Origin: Umezawaea sp.
Lineage (GTDB): Bacteria; Actinomycetota; Actinomycetes; Mycobacteriales; Pseudonocardiaceae
Length of the DNA: 64,000 bases
Assembly: GCF_036375055.1 (NCBI RefSeq)
Contig: NZ_DASUSQ010000037.1
Location: 369-64,368 of the forward strand
Direction: 5' to 3'
The translations under genes and the position numbers were made by a program. The notes under the pieces were generated by a model that had not been told where the DNA came from, made no database searches, and saw only the letters and a program-made list of their open reading frames with translations. This document shows, in pieces, positions 1-8,989 of the stretch (position 1 is the first letter of the stretch; the number at the start of each line of letters is the position of its first letter).

Positions 1-1463
1 CAGTGAGATCAGCACCTTGAGGTTCGGGTGCTCGGCCTTGAGCTCGCGGAGCTGGTTGTAGTTGCCGCGCAACGACTCCCAGCCCGTGTCGGCGACGCCG
101 TCGACGGACTGGGCCGCGGCGAACGGCCTGCTGCGGTCGGCCTCGGCGTCACCGGCCCCGTCGCCCTGGTTCGGGTCCTGCGGGTTGGCGCTGGTGCCCT
201 TCGTGACGTCCTGGAGGCACGTCAGGTTCACCGGGTCGATGTTGCCGAACGCGTAGTTCAGGTGGGTCATCTTCGCCGCGGAACCGCTGGTGTCCAGGTT
301 CTTCACGAAGAACTGGCGGCCGTAGATCCCCCACCGCACGAAGTAGCCGACCCTGGCGTAGCCGCTGCCGACCACGTCGGCCGTGGACACCCGCAGGCCC
401 GCCGTGACCGCGGAGGTGTTGTCGTGCAGGTCGCGGGCCCGGACGGTGAACGTGTAGGCCGTGGACGGGGAGAGCCCGGTGACGGTGGCGGACGTGCCCG
501 CCACCGTCGAGTTCAGCACGCCGTCGACGAAGACGTCGTACCCGGCTACCCCGCGGTTGTCGGTCGACGCGGTCCACGCCAGCGACACGCTCGTCGAGTC
601 GACGGCCGTGCCGCGCAGCCCGCCGGGCGCGCTCGGCGCCTGGGTGTCGTCGCCAGGGTTGTTGGTGGTGACGGTCAGCGCGGCGCTCGCGGGACCGCGG
701 TTGCCCCTGCTGTCCTTGGCGCGCACCGTGAACGAGTACGCGGTGTCCGGGCTGAGGCCGGTCGCGGTCGCGCTCGTGCCGGTGACCGCGGCGACCAGCG
801 ACGTGCCCCGGTAGACCTCGTACCCGCCCAGCGGCAGCGATCCCGGCGTCGCCGCGTCCCACGCCAGCGACACGGTCCGCGTGGTCCTCACCGGCGACCG
901 CAGGTTCGCGGGCGCGGTGGGCGGGGTGTCCGCGCCGCCGTCGCGGCGGACGTCGTTGACCCGGCAGCCCGTCGGTTCGACCGCGGAGCTGAGGGTGAAC
1001 GTCGGGCTGTACGGCTCGGTCGACCCGCGGGCCGCGACGCTCTTGTTGTGGTGCAGCGGGATCAGCGTGACGGTCCGGCCGCTCTGGCTGATCGTCGAGT
1101 GCTGGGCGCCGGTGGCCGTGACCCTGGGGGCAGGTCGAAGACGATCGACCACGAGGCCAGCGCCGCGTCGGTGTTCTTCCCCGCGCCGACGGTGTTGATG
1201 TAGTGGGCGGGGGTCTGCGTGACCCTGGTGCCCGCTTGCGTCGTCGTGGCGTTCTGGGCGCCGCTGACGGTGACCCCGGCGGGCAGTTCGACCGTGATCG
1301 ACCACCCGGTGACGGCGGTGGTGGCGGAGTTGGTGACGACGACCTTCGCCTGGGTGCCGGTGCGGGTGACCGCGGCGGTGAGGCCGGGTGCGGCCTGGGC
1401 GGGTGGGACGACAGCGGTCGCGGAGGTGGCTGACGCCACCAGCGCGATGACGAGACGACGCAC
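1..1463 (-). CDS. secreted family-18 chitinase precursor (signal peptide, CBM-like beta-sandwich, 2x FN3, start of GH18 domain); gene runs off the window at position 1; apparent frame break near 1125-1135
   Basis: Minus-strand start MRRLVIALVASATSATAVVPPAQA (signal peptide, AQA-AP cleavage), followed by a CBM2-like segment (VTGWSITVELPAGVTVSGAQNATTTQAG). Manual translation of a second minus frame from ~1125 to 1 gives FN3 repeats (PTAPANLRSPVRTTRTVSLAWDA; SAPGGLRGTAVDSTSVSLAWTASTDNRGVAGYDVFVDG...TGLSPSTAYTFTVRARD) and GH18 motifs (VGYFVRWGIYGRQFFVK, MTHLNYAFGN). The first frame stops at 1062, the second has no start. Confidence 0.6.
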
Positions 1464-1524
1464 GGGTGTGCTCCTCGACCTTCGAGAACCACGGCGGCCC
1501 GTCCCCGACGGTAGGTGACCCGCG

Positions 1525-2415
1525 TCACCGGAACAATGGGTCTAGACCAAGTTGGGCCTGAGGGCGGAACTCCAGCGGGACGCCTGGTCTTGCCTGCGCC
1601 AGCAGCGGGAGCACCCCGGCGGGCACGACGCCGATCACCGGGTAGCCGCCCGTGGTCGGGTGGTCGGCGAGGAACACCACCGGCTGGCCGTCCGCGGGGA
1701 CCTGCACGCCGCCGGTCGGGATGCCCTCGCTGGGCAGCTCCTCGCCGAGGAAGGCCTCCGTGCGCTCCAGGGCCGTGCCGGTGAGCCGCACGCCGACGCG
1801 GTTGCTCTTCTCCGACACCGTCCACCGCCCGGCCCGCAGCTGCCCCGCCGGGTCGCCGAACCAGTCGTCGCGCGGCCCGAGCAGCACGGGCACCACCAGC
1901 GCGTCCGGCACCCGCGTCGGCACCAGCACGTCCGCGCCGACCGCGGGAGCCGTCACCGGGCCGAGCGGCAGGTCGTCGCCGTCCCGCACCGGGTCGGGCC
2001 CGATCCCGGACAGCAGGTCGGTGGACCGGCTGCCCAGCTCGGCCGCCACGTCCACGCCGCCGGACACGCCGAGGTAGCACCGCAGGCCCCGCTCGGGCGT
2101 GCCGACCTCCAGCACGTCGCCGTCCGCGAGGTGCACCGGTGCGTGCGAGCCGACCGCGGAACCGTTGCGCAGCACGGGAACCCGCGGCCCGGTCACCGCG
2201 ACGGTGCACGACGACCCGGCCCGCACCGCGAGGCCGCCGAGCAGGACCTCCAGGCCCGCCGCCGATTCCGGGTTGCCGACGAGCCGGTTCGCCAGCCGCA
2301 GCGCTGGCTCGTCGAGCGCTCCGGACGGCGGCACGCCCAGGTGCGCGTACCCCGGCCTGCCGAGGTCCTGCACCAGCGCCTGCGGCCCGGTGCGCAGCAC
2401 GGTCAGCCGCCTCAC
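1525..2415 (-). CDS. pxpC: 5-oxoprolinase subunit C (allophanate hydrolase subunit 2 / KipA family)
   Basis: RRLTVLRTGPQALVQDLGRPGYAHLGVPPSGALDEPALRLANRLVGNPESAAGLEV... is typical of AHS2/PxpC. GTG start overlaps the pxpB stop (GTGA). Confidence 0.85.
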   Translation of the reverse strand: MRRLTVLRTGPQALVQDLGRPGYAHLGVPPSGALDEPALRLANRLVGNPESAAGLEVLLGGLAVRAGSSCTVAVTGPRVPVLRNGSAVGSHAPVHLADGDVLEVGTPERGLRCYLGVSGGVDVAAELGSRSTDLLSGIGPDPVRDGDDLPLGPVTAPAVGADVLVPTRVPDALVVPVLLGPRDDWFGDPAGQLRAGRWTVSEKSNRVGVRLTGTALERTEAFLGEELPSEGIPTGGVQVPADGQPVVFLADHPTTGGYPVIGVVPAGVLPLLAQARPGVPLEFRPQAQLGLDPLFR

Positions 2416-3029
2416 CCGGCCACCTCGAACCGCACGCGGTCGCCGGGGGCGAGCAGCGCGGGCACGTCGCGGCGGGCGTCGAACAGGGTGGTGTCGGTGC
2501 GGCCGAGCAGCCGCCAGCCGCCGGGCGTGGCACGGGGGTAGGCGGCGGTGAACTCGCCCGCGATGGCCACCGAACCGGCGGGCACCTTCGTGCGCGGGCT
2601 GTCCAACCTGGGCTGCCGCAACGCTTCCGGCAGTCCGACGAGGTACCCGAAGCCGGGGGCGAACCCGCAGAACGCGACCTCGTACTCCGTGCCCGAGTGC
2701 AGCGCCACGACCTCGGCCTCGCTCATCCCGGCCGTGCGCGCGACCAGTTCCAGGTCCGGTCCGTCGTAGTGCACGGGGATCCGCACCTCCCGCGACCCGA
2801 CCTCGGCCGGACGGCTCAGGTCGACCTCGTCCAGCACCCGCCGCACCGGGGCGAGGTCCGTGCCCGGCCGGACCGAGACGAGCACCGTGCGCGCCGCGGG
2901 CACCAGTTCCACCAGGTCCGGGAGGTCGGCCGCCCGCACCGCCGCGCGCACGGCCGACACCTCGTCGAGCGAGTCGACCTCGACCAGCACGGCGTCCGGA
3001 CCGCATCTCCGCAGGCGCATGTCCTCCAT
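2412..3029 (-). CDS. pxpB: 5-oxoprolinase subunit B (allophanate hydrolase subunit 1 / KipI family)
   Basis: MEDMRLRRCGPDAVLVEV...YEVAFCGFAPGFGYLVGLPEALRQPRLDSPRTKVPAGSVAIAG is the AHS1/PxpB signature. Translationally coupled to pxpC. Confidence 0.85.
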   Translation of the reverse strand: MEDMRLRRCGPDAVLVEVDSLDEVSAVRAAVRAADLPDLVELVPAARTVLVSVRPGTDLAPVRRVLDEVDLSRPAEVGSREVRIPVHYDGPDLELVARTAGMSEAEVVALHSGTEYEVAFCGFAPGFGYLVGLPEALRQPRLDSPRTKVPAGSVAIAGEFTAAYPRATPGGWRLLGRTDTTLFDARRDVPALLAPGDRVRFEVAG

Positions 3030-3037
3030 CGTACGGC

Positions 3038-3967
3038 CTACATGAGGATTGTTGAACAATCTCTCAAGGCTTCTCGCTGCGCCGCCGTGAGCCGCTCGGG
3101 TCTCGCGGTGGCCGCGTACTCGCCGGACCCGACGTGGCGCACGGCGACCGGATCCGTGACGTCCGGCCGCGCCTCGGCGTCGCGCAGCGCCCCGGCGACC
3201 CGGTCGACCGGCCACCCGAGCGCGCGGGCCACCCGCTCCGCGGTGCACGGCCCGGCTGCGTGGACGAGCGCGGCGGCGACCGTCAGCGCGTCCTCCGCGC
3301 CCTCGGGGCCGCCCGCCATGTCCTCGCCGAGGCGCGCGAAGAACTGGCGCATGTGGTCGAGCCGCGCGCCGGTGGGCGTGGCGACGTCGAAGACCTCCAC
3401 CCCGCGCCGGGCCGTCTCCGCGAGCGCCGTGTTCGTCCTGGCGCTCGTCAGCCACGTCCGCAGCCACAGGTCCTCGTCGATGAGGTACCGCTCATGACGC
3501 CCCTCCCGCTCCCGTCGCACCAGGTCGAGGCCTTCGAGGTAGCCGACCGCCTTCGACACCGACGCCGGGCTCACCCGCAGCCCGCCGACGAGGTCGGCCA
3601 CCGTCAGGGCGCCCGCGTCGGTCGTCACCAGCGCGGCGAACACCCGTGCGGCCATCCTCGGCACCCCGGTGCCGACCAGCACCGCCGCGAACTCCTCCGC
3701 GAAGCGCCGCGCCGCGGCGGGCGTCGTGGCCGCGGGCACCGCCATCGACGGCCTGCGGCGGGCCCGCCGCCCGGTCGCCCGGTGCGCCCGATCCGCCCGG
3801 TAGTCCGCGCCGCCGCCGTTGCGGGACACCTCGCGGCTCACGGTCGACGTCGGCCTGCCGAGCTTCCTGGCGATCTCGGCGTAGCCCAGCCCGTCGGCCA
3901 GACCGGCCGCGATGCGCCTGCGCTCCTGGCTCGTCAACCTTCCACCCGGCATGTCCGCAGTGTGCAT
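3038..3967 (-). CDS. two-domain HTH transcriptional regulator (IS30-type N-terminal HTH + MarR-like winged helix); no transposase catalytic domain
   Basis: N-terminus RLTSQERRRIAAGLADGLGYAEIARKLGRPTSTVSREVSRNGG, then a winged-helix segment (VSPASVSKAVGYLEGLDLVRREREGRHERYLI). Ends 8 nt upstream of the pxpB start. Confidence 0.6.
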   Translation of the reverse strand: MHTADMPGGRLTSQERRRIAAGLADGLGYAEIARKLGRPTSTVSREVSRNGGGADYRADRAHRATGRRARRRPSMAVPAATTPAAARRFAEEFAAVLVGTGVPRMAARVFAALVTTDAGALTVADLVGGLRVSPASVSKAVGYLEGLDLVRREREGRHERYLIDEDLWLRTWLTSARTNTALAETARRGVEVFDVATPTGARLDHMRQFFARLGEDMAGGPEGAEDALTVAAALVHAAGPCTAERVARALGWPVDRVAGALRDAEARPDVTDPVAVRHVGSGEYAATARPERLTAAQREALRDCSTILM

Positions 3968-4088
3968 TAGCCGCCAGTTGATTGCAACGAAAGAATTGCG
4001 TTCACCGGCATCGTCATTGCACCAAATCCCAGGTGGGTGGCGTCAATGTAGATTGACGTACCTTTTCTGTGGTCGTAGCGTTCGCGAC

Positions 4089-4961
4089 ATGGTGAAGGTT
4101 GGGGAAGAGCTGGTGCTCGACGTCGAGGGCCTGCGGATGCGCTACGGCACGACCGACGTCCTGCACGACGTGACGTTCCGGGCCCGCCGCGGCGAGGTGC
4201 TGGCGCTGCTGGGGCCGAACGGCGCGGGGAAGACCACCACGATCGAGGTGCTGGAGGGGTTCCGGGCGCGGTCGGCGGGCCGGGTCGAGGTGCTGGGCGC
4301 GGACCCGGAGCACGCCGACGAGTCGTGGCGAGCACGGGTCGGCGTCGTGCTCCAGTCGTGGCGCGACCACGGCAAGTGGCGGGTGCGGGAGCTGCTGGCC
4401 CACCTCGGGTCCTGCTACACCGGCTACGCCGAGCCGTGGGACGCCGACGAACTCGTCGCCGCGGTCGGGCTCACCTCCCACGCCGACCGGAGGATCCGCA
4501 CCCTCTCCGGAGGGCAGCGGCGTCGGCTGGACGTGGCGATCGGCATCGTCGGCCACCCGGAGCTGCTGTTCCTCGACGAGCCGACGGCCGGGTTCGACCC
4601 GGAGGCCAGGCGCGAGTTCCACGAGCTGGTCCGGGCGCTGGACGGCACGACGGTCCTGCTCACCACCCACGACCTGCACGAGGCCGAGGCGCTGGCGGAC
4701 CGCATCGTCGTGCTGGACGGCGGGCGGATCATCGCCGACGGCACGGCCGACGAGCTGGCGAAGCTGATCACCGGCGAGGACCAGGTGAGCTGGACGCACG
4801 ACGGGCGGCGCCACACCCGGTCGACCACCGGGTCGACCCGCTTCGCGTTCGACCTGTTCCGCCTGCACGGCGAGGAGATCACCGAGCTGGAGGTCCGGCG
4901 CGCGTCGCTGGAGGACACGTACCTGGCGCTGGTGCGCCGTGCCGAGGAGGCGTCCCGATGA
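4089..4961 (+). CDS. ABC transporter ATP-binding protein (ABC-2 exporter type)
   Basis: Walker A GPNGAGKTT, signature LSGGQRRRLDVAIG, Walker B LLFLDEPTAGFD. Start taken at MVKVGEELVLDVEGL; the upstream part of the ORF is non-coding-like. Confidence 0.85.
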   Translation: MVKVGEELVLDVEGLRMRYGTTDVLHDVTFRARRGEVLALLGPNGAGKTTTIEVLEGFRARSAGRVEVLGADPEHADESWRARVGVVLQSWRDHGKWRVRELLAHLGSCYTGYAEPWDADELVAAVGLTSHADRRIRTLSGGQRRRLDVAIGIVGHPELLFLDEPTAGFDPEARREFHELVRALDGTTVLLTTHDLHEAEALADRIVVLDGGRIIADGTADELAKLITGEDQVSWTHDGRRHTRSTTGSTRFAFDLFRLHGEEITELEVRRASLEDTYLALVRRAEEASR

Positions 4962-5791
4962 CCACGACCGCACTGCGCGCGGGCTGGCACCGCGGGATCG
5001 TCGAGCTGCGGCAGTCGTTCACCAACGGCGCCGACCTGTGGGCCCACCTCTTCTGGCCGCTGCTGATGGTGGGGGTCACGTTCTACCTGCGGGACCGGAC
5101 GTTCGCCGGGTTCGGGCTCGGCGCGCTGGTGCTGCCGAGCGTCCTCGGCATGAACGCGTCGATGGCGATGGTCAGCATGAGCCAGCAGCTCACCGCCGAC
5201 CGCGAGGACGGCACGCTGCTGCGGGCCAGGGCGACGCCGAACGGACTGGTGGTCCACCTCGTCGGCAAGATCATCTCGGTGTCGGGCGGACTGGTCGCGG
5301 ACCTGGCGATCTTCCTGGTCCCCGCGCTGCTGCTCGTACCGGGCCTGTCCGTCGAGGCGGCCTCGTGGCCCACGCTGGCCTGGGTGCTGCTGCTGGGGCT
5401 GGCCGCCGCCCTGCCCATCGGAGCCGTGCTCGGCTCGGTGTTCACCAGCACGCGCGGCCAGAGCCTGCTGACCCTGCCGATCCTCGGCCTGATCGGCGTC
5501 TCCGGCATCTTCTACCCGGTCACGGCCCTGCCCGAGTGGGTCCAGGGCGTCGCGCAGGCGTTCCCGGTCTACTGGATGGGCCTCGGGATGCGCTCCGCGC
5601 TGCTGCCGGACAGCGCCGTCGTGGTCGAGATCGGCGAGTCCTGGCGGCACCTGGAGACCGTCGGGGTGCTCGGCGCGTGGACCGTCGCGGGTCTGCTGGT
5701 GGCACCGGTGGTGCTGAGGCGCACGGCCCGTCGCGAGTCCGGTTCCAGCGTCGCGGGGCGGCGGGAGAAGGCGCTCCAGCGGATCGGCTGA
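4958..5791 (+). CDS. ABC-2 family transporter permease
   Basis: Six TM-rich 277-aa protein, MTTTALRAG..., ATGA overlap with the ATPase gene stop. Confidence 0.8.
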   Translation: MTTTALRAGWHRGIVELRQSFTNGADLWAHLFWPLLMVGVTFYLRDRTFAGFGLGALVLPSVLGMNASMAMVSMSQQLTADREDGTLLRARATPNGLVVHLVGKIISVSGGLVADLAIFLVPALLLVPGLSVEAASWPTLAWVLLLGLAAALPIGAVLGSVFTSTRGQSLLTLPILGLIGVSGIFYPVTALPEWVQGVAQAFPVYWMGLGMRSALLPDSAVVVEIGESWRHLETVGVLGAWTVAGLLVAPVVLRRTARRESGSSVAGRREKALQRIG

Positions 5792-5831
5792 ACCGCCCGC
5801 GCCCGACCCACCGGTTTGCTGTACTCGTGGG

Positions 5832-6284
5832 GTGGAGATGGAACTGGCGTACGACCACCTCGGCAGCCGCCTGCGCCGCATCGGGGAGGTCGAGTTGACC
5901 TACGGCCGGTGGGGCAGCAGACCCCGGTCGATCGGCTCCTGGGCCCTGACCTACGACTACCTCGGGAGCAGGCTGCGGTCCATCGCGGGCCACGCGGTCG
6001 AGTACGAGCGCTGGAGCGGGCGCTGCCGCTCAGCGGGGACGTGGGAGCTGGAGTACGAGCGCCTGGGCACCCGGCTGCGCCGGATCGGGCCGTACGAGCT
6101 GGTCCACGACCAGCTCGGCACCCGCCTGCGCTCGGTGGGGCCGCTGGTGCTGCGCTACGACCTGCTCGGCAGCAGGCCCGCCGGGGTGGAACTCCCCGAC
6201 GGGTCCGCGGCGTTGTCGGACGACGACCTGATGGCCCTGTTCCTCGCGCTCCACCTGCGCGAGGTGGCCAACGAGGGCGGCTAG
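5832..6284 (+). CDS. hypothetical protein composed of seven tandem 17-aa repeats (L-x-Y-[DE]-x-L-G-[ST]-R-L-R-[RS]-I-G)
   Basis: Protein-level periodicity: ELAYDHLGSRLRRIGEV / ELTYGRWGSRPRSIGSW / ALTYDYLGSRLRSIAGH / AVEYERWSGRCRSAGTW / ELEYERLGTRLRRIGPY / ELVHDQLGTRLRSVGPL / VLRYDLLGSRPAGVELP. High GC3 coding bias. The underlying 51-nt units have diverged. Confidence 0.55.
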   Translation: MEMELAYDHLGSRLRRIGEVELTYGRWGSRPRSIGSWALTYDYLGSRLRSIAGHAVEYERWSGRCRSAGTWELEYERLGTRLRRIGPYELVHDQLGTRLRSVGPLVLRYDLLGSRPAGVELPDGSAALSDDDLMALFLALHLREVANEGG

Positions 6285-6916
6285 CCCGCGTACCGGGTCA
6301 GGTGCGCCGACGTGTGCGGCTGGAGGGGGTAGCCGACCATGGCCCGCTCCTCCACGTACGCGAGGTCGCCGTTGTTGACCACGCCGTACAGCCGCTGCGA
6401 CGCCGTGACGTCCTTGGCGGTGGAGGTGCGCACGACCGCGTCCGTGGAGAACTCCCACGACGTCTGGTTGCGCGGCTTGCCGTAGTACAGCTCCATGATG
6501 CCGGTGTTGTGCGTCAGGAGGACCTCGATCGTGTCGTCCTCCTGCGGACGCCAGAACCCGGTCTCGCGCGCGGCGGGCCGGATCACCTCGCCCGACTCCG
6601 ACAGCAGCCACGAGCGCGCCTCGTAGAAGAGGAACGGCCTGCCGTCGTGGGCGAACGTGATCTGCTGGCCGAAGCGGTACGGCCCGTCGATGCTCGGGTA
6701 CACGACCTCGCCCTCGCCCCGCCACACGCCGATCAGCGGCAGCAGCGACAGGCAGCGGTCGTGCAGGTTCGGGCCCTCGCGCAGGTTGGCCGTGTCGCCG
6801 GGCACCGGCAGGTCGGCGAACTGCGGCAGGTTGCGGGCACGGGTCACCTCGGCGCGTTCGGCGGCGGCCTGCACCGCGGCGTCGCCGCTGCCCGGTTCGG
6901 GGTTGGTCGTCGTCAT
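6281..6916 (-). CDS. FABP-family / nitrobindin-like protein (DUF1794, Rv0813c-like)
   Basis: MTTTNPEPG...LLPLIGVWRGEGEVVYPSIDGPYRFGQQITFAHDGRPFLFYEARSW is the nitrobindin beta-barrel signature. The large upstream part of the ORF is R-rich nonsense. Confidence 0.75.
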   Translation of the reverse strand: MTTTNPEPGSGDAAVQAAAERAEVTRARNLPQFADLPVPGDTANLREGPNLHDRCLSLLPLIGVWRGEGEVVYPSIDGPYRFGQQITFAHDGRPFLFYEARSWLLSESGEVIRPAARETGFWRPQEDDTIEVLLTHNTGIMELYYGKPRNQTSWEFSTDAVVRTSTAKDVTASQRLYGVVNNGDLAYVEERAMVGYPLQPHTSAHLTRYAG

Positions 6917-7125
6917 CAGCGCTGGTCGGAGTAGAGCCGGTAGACCACGTACGCGGCGAACCACGTGATCAGCAGCGAGACGAGGACCAGCAGCCCCGTG
7001 AAGAAGTGTTCCACCCGGCGAGTTTATCTCCCCCGCGCGGAACGAAGGGGACGGCGGTGGCCAAGGCCACCCACCGTCCCCTCCAGCCGGTGGCGCCGGG
7101 TGCGACCCCGTGCGCCCCGGAGGTG

Positions 7126-7428
7126 TCAGGCGACCGCGACCTCGACCGCGTGCACGCCGGGGCCCTGCGCGCTCACGAGCGCCTGGCCGTTGCCCGAGCG
7201 GTGCAGCGCCCGGATCGTCCAGTCGCCGGGGGCGGCGAAGAACCGGAAGTCGCCCTCCGGCGACGACACGACCTCGGCGGTGAACTCGCCGGTCGAGTCG
7301 AGCAGCCGCACGTACGCGCCGCCGACGGGCGCGCCCTCGGCGAACACCTTGCCGCTGAGCACCGTCTCGGTCGTCGTGTCCACGCCCGTGATGACCACTG
7401 ACTGGTCCGGGGCACCGCATCCGCTCAT
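7126..7428 (-). CDS. SseC-like DUF1416 protein
   Basis: MSGCGAPDQSVVITGVDTTTETVLSGKVF... (100 aa), immediately downstream of the rhodanese as in mycobacterial cysA2-sseC2. Confidence 0.8.
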   Translation of the reverse strand: MSGCGAPDQSVVITGVDTTTETVLSGKVFAEGAPVGGAYVRLLDSTGEFTAEVVSSPEGDFRFFAAPGDWTIRALHRSGNGQALVSAQGPGVHAVEVAVA

Positions 7429-7430
7429 GT

Positions 7431-8276
7431 TCAGCCCTCCTTGCCGCTGCCGAGCTCGACCGGCACGCCGACGAGCGAGCCGTACTCGGTCCAGGAACCG
7501 TCGTAGTTCTTCACGTCCTCGTGGCCCAGCAGCTCGTGCAGGGCGAACCAGGTGTGCGAAGAGCGCTCGCCGATGCGGCAGTACGCGATGGTGTTCTTCG
7601 AGCCGTCGAGGCCCGCCTCGCCGTAGATCGCCCTCAGCTCCTCGTCGGAGCGGAACGTGCCGTCCTCGTTGGCCGCCTTGCTCCACGGCACGTTGATCGC
7701 CGACGGGATGTGGCCGCCGCGCTGCGCCTGCTCCTGCGGGAGGTGCGCCGGGGCCAGCAGCTTGCCGGAGAACTCGTCGGGGGAGCGCACGTCGACCAGG
7801 TTCTTCGTGCCGATCGCCGCCACGACCTCGTCGCGGAACGCGCGGATCGACAGGTCCTGCTCCTTGGCGGAGTAGTTCGTCTCCGCGCGCTCGACGACGT
7901 CCTTGTCCAGCGGACGCCCGTCCAGCTCCCACTTCTTGCGGCCGCCGTCGAGCAGCTTGACCGCGTCGTGGCCGTAGAGCTTGAAGTACCAGTACGCGTA
8001 GGCCGCGAACCAGTTGTTGTTGCCACCGTAGAGGATCACGGTGTCGTCGTTGGAGATCCCCTTGGCGGACAGGAGCTTCTCGAAGCCCGCGCGGTCCACG
8101 AAGTCGCGGCGGACCTGGTCCTGCAACTCCGTCCTCCAGTCGATGCGGACGGCGCCGGGGATGTGGCCGCCCTCGTACGCGGTGGTGTCCTCGTCGACCT
8201 CCACGAACACCACGCCGGGCGTTGCGAGGTTTTCCTCTGACCATGCGGCCGAGACCAGGACGTTCTCACGGCTCAT
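7431..8276 (-). CDS. thiosulfate sulfurtransferase (tandem rhodanese domains)
   Basis: MSRENVLVSAAW...HIPGAVRIDW...YCRIGERSSHTWFAL (active-site Cys). Confidence 0.9.
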   Translation of the reverse strand: MSRENVLVSAAWSEENLATPGVVFVEVDEDTTAYEGGHIPGAVRIDWRTELQDQVRRDFVDRAGFEKLLSAKGISNDDTVILYGGNNNWFAAYAYWYFKLYGHDAVKLLDGGRKKWELDGRPLDKDVVERAETNYSAKEQDLSIRAFRDEVVAAIGTKNLVDVRSPDEFSGKLLAPAHLPQEQAQRGGHIPSAINVPWSKAANEDGTFRSDEELRAIYGEAGLDGSKNTIAYCRIGERSSHTWFALHELLGHEDVKNYDGSWTEYGSLVGVPVELGSGKEG

Positions 8277-8307
8277 CGGAGTGGCTCCTAGGTTCTTTGA
8301 TCTGTTG

Positions 8308-8742
8308 TCACTGGCGGGCGGGGGCGGGCGCGAGGCGGCGCAGGAGCAGGTACGCCTCGCACCCGAGGCAGAAGTTGAACACCGCGTTCAGGAGTGCCGC
8401 GACCAGCGCGAAGGACGTGGCGACGACGCCGACGCCGGTGAGGCCGGTGGCGTAGCCGATCGTGCCGACGAGCGTGAACGCGAACCCGACGCCCTGCGCG
8501 AAGCGCAGCGGAGCCGCGTCCTCCCGCTCGGCCGTCGGCGCGAGCCGGGGTGCGACGAGGAACCGGTACAGCAGGCTCCACGGGTTGAGGCTCAGCGAGA
8601 CGAAGCCGGACGCGGCGAAGACGAGCGCTTGGACGGCGAGGACCGGCCACCAGCCGGTGAGCAGCACCAGCGCCAGCACGGCGGCCGTCGCGGACGCGGT
8701 GAAGCGCGGACCGCGCGGGTCTACCGGGGCGTCCTCGACCAC
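8308..8742 (-). CDS. DUF4395-family membrane protein
   Basis: 144-aa, four-TM protein (…WWPVLAVQALVFAASGFVSLSLNPWSLLYRF…CLGCEAYLL). Conserved neighbour of rhodanese in actinobacteria. Confidence 0.7.
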   Translation of the reverse strand: MVEDAPVDPRGPRFTASATAAVLALVLLTGWWPVLAVQALVFAASGFVSLSLNPWSLLYRFLVAPRLAPTAEREDAAPLRFAQGVGFAFTLVGTIGYATGLTGVGVVATSFALVAALLNAVFNFCLGCEAYLLLRRLAPAPARQ

Positions 8743-8989
8743 GATGCATCTCCTGACTGGGAACCTGGACAGGGGTGTCCGTCAGGCGGTTCAGGGGCAG
8801 CCGCCCACCGCGTCGGCTAGCGGGGGACCACCGGGAACCGCCCGGTCAGCGCATCGTTCGACACAGGCTGCTGTGCACGCGGCAGAGGTCCACCGCGAGT
8901 CGCTTGGTCAGCAGCACGTACATGCCTTCGAGGGTAACCGCAGTTCTCCCATGTCGGGAGTGGTGTCCACTACTTGGAACAGGCGGATC

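Noticed and set aside
149-2533. 794-aa minus-strand ORF (and the 28-1203 plus ORF)
   Set aside because: Arg/Pro/Gly-rich off-frame translations overlapping well-supported chitinase, pxpC and pxpB frames; typical long spurious ORFs of >70% GC DNA.
3038-3967. Possible IS30-family transposase
   Set aside because: Only the N-terminal HTH resembles IS30. The remainder is a MarR-like winged helix with no DDE catalytic domain and no flanking inverted repeats.
8288-8749. 153-aa ORF overlapping the DUF4395 gene in another frame
   Set aside because: Arg-rich nonsense translation. The 8308-8742 frame gives a coherent four-TM DUF4395-like protein.
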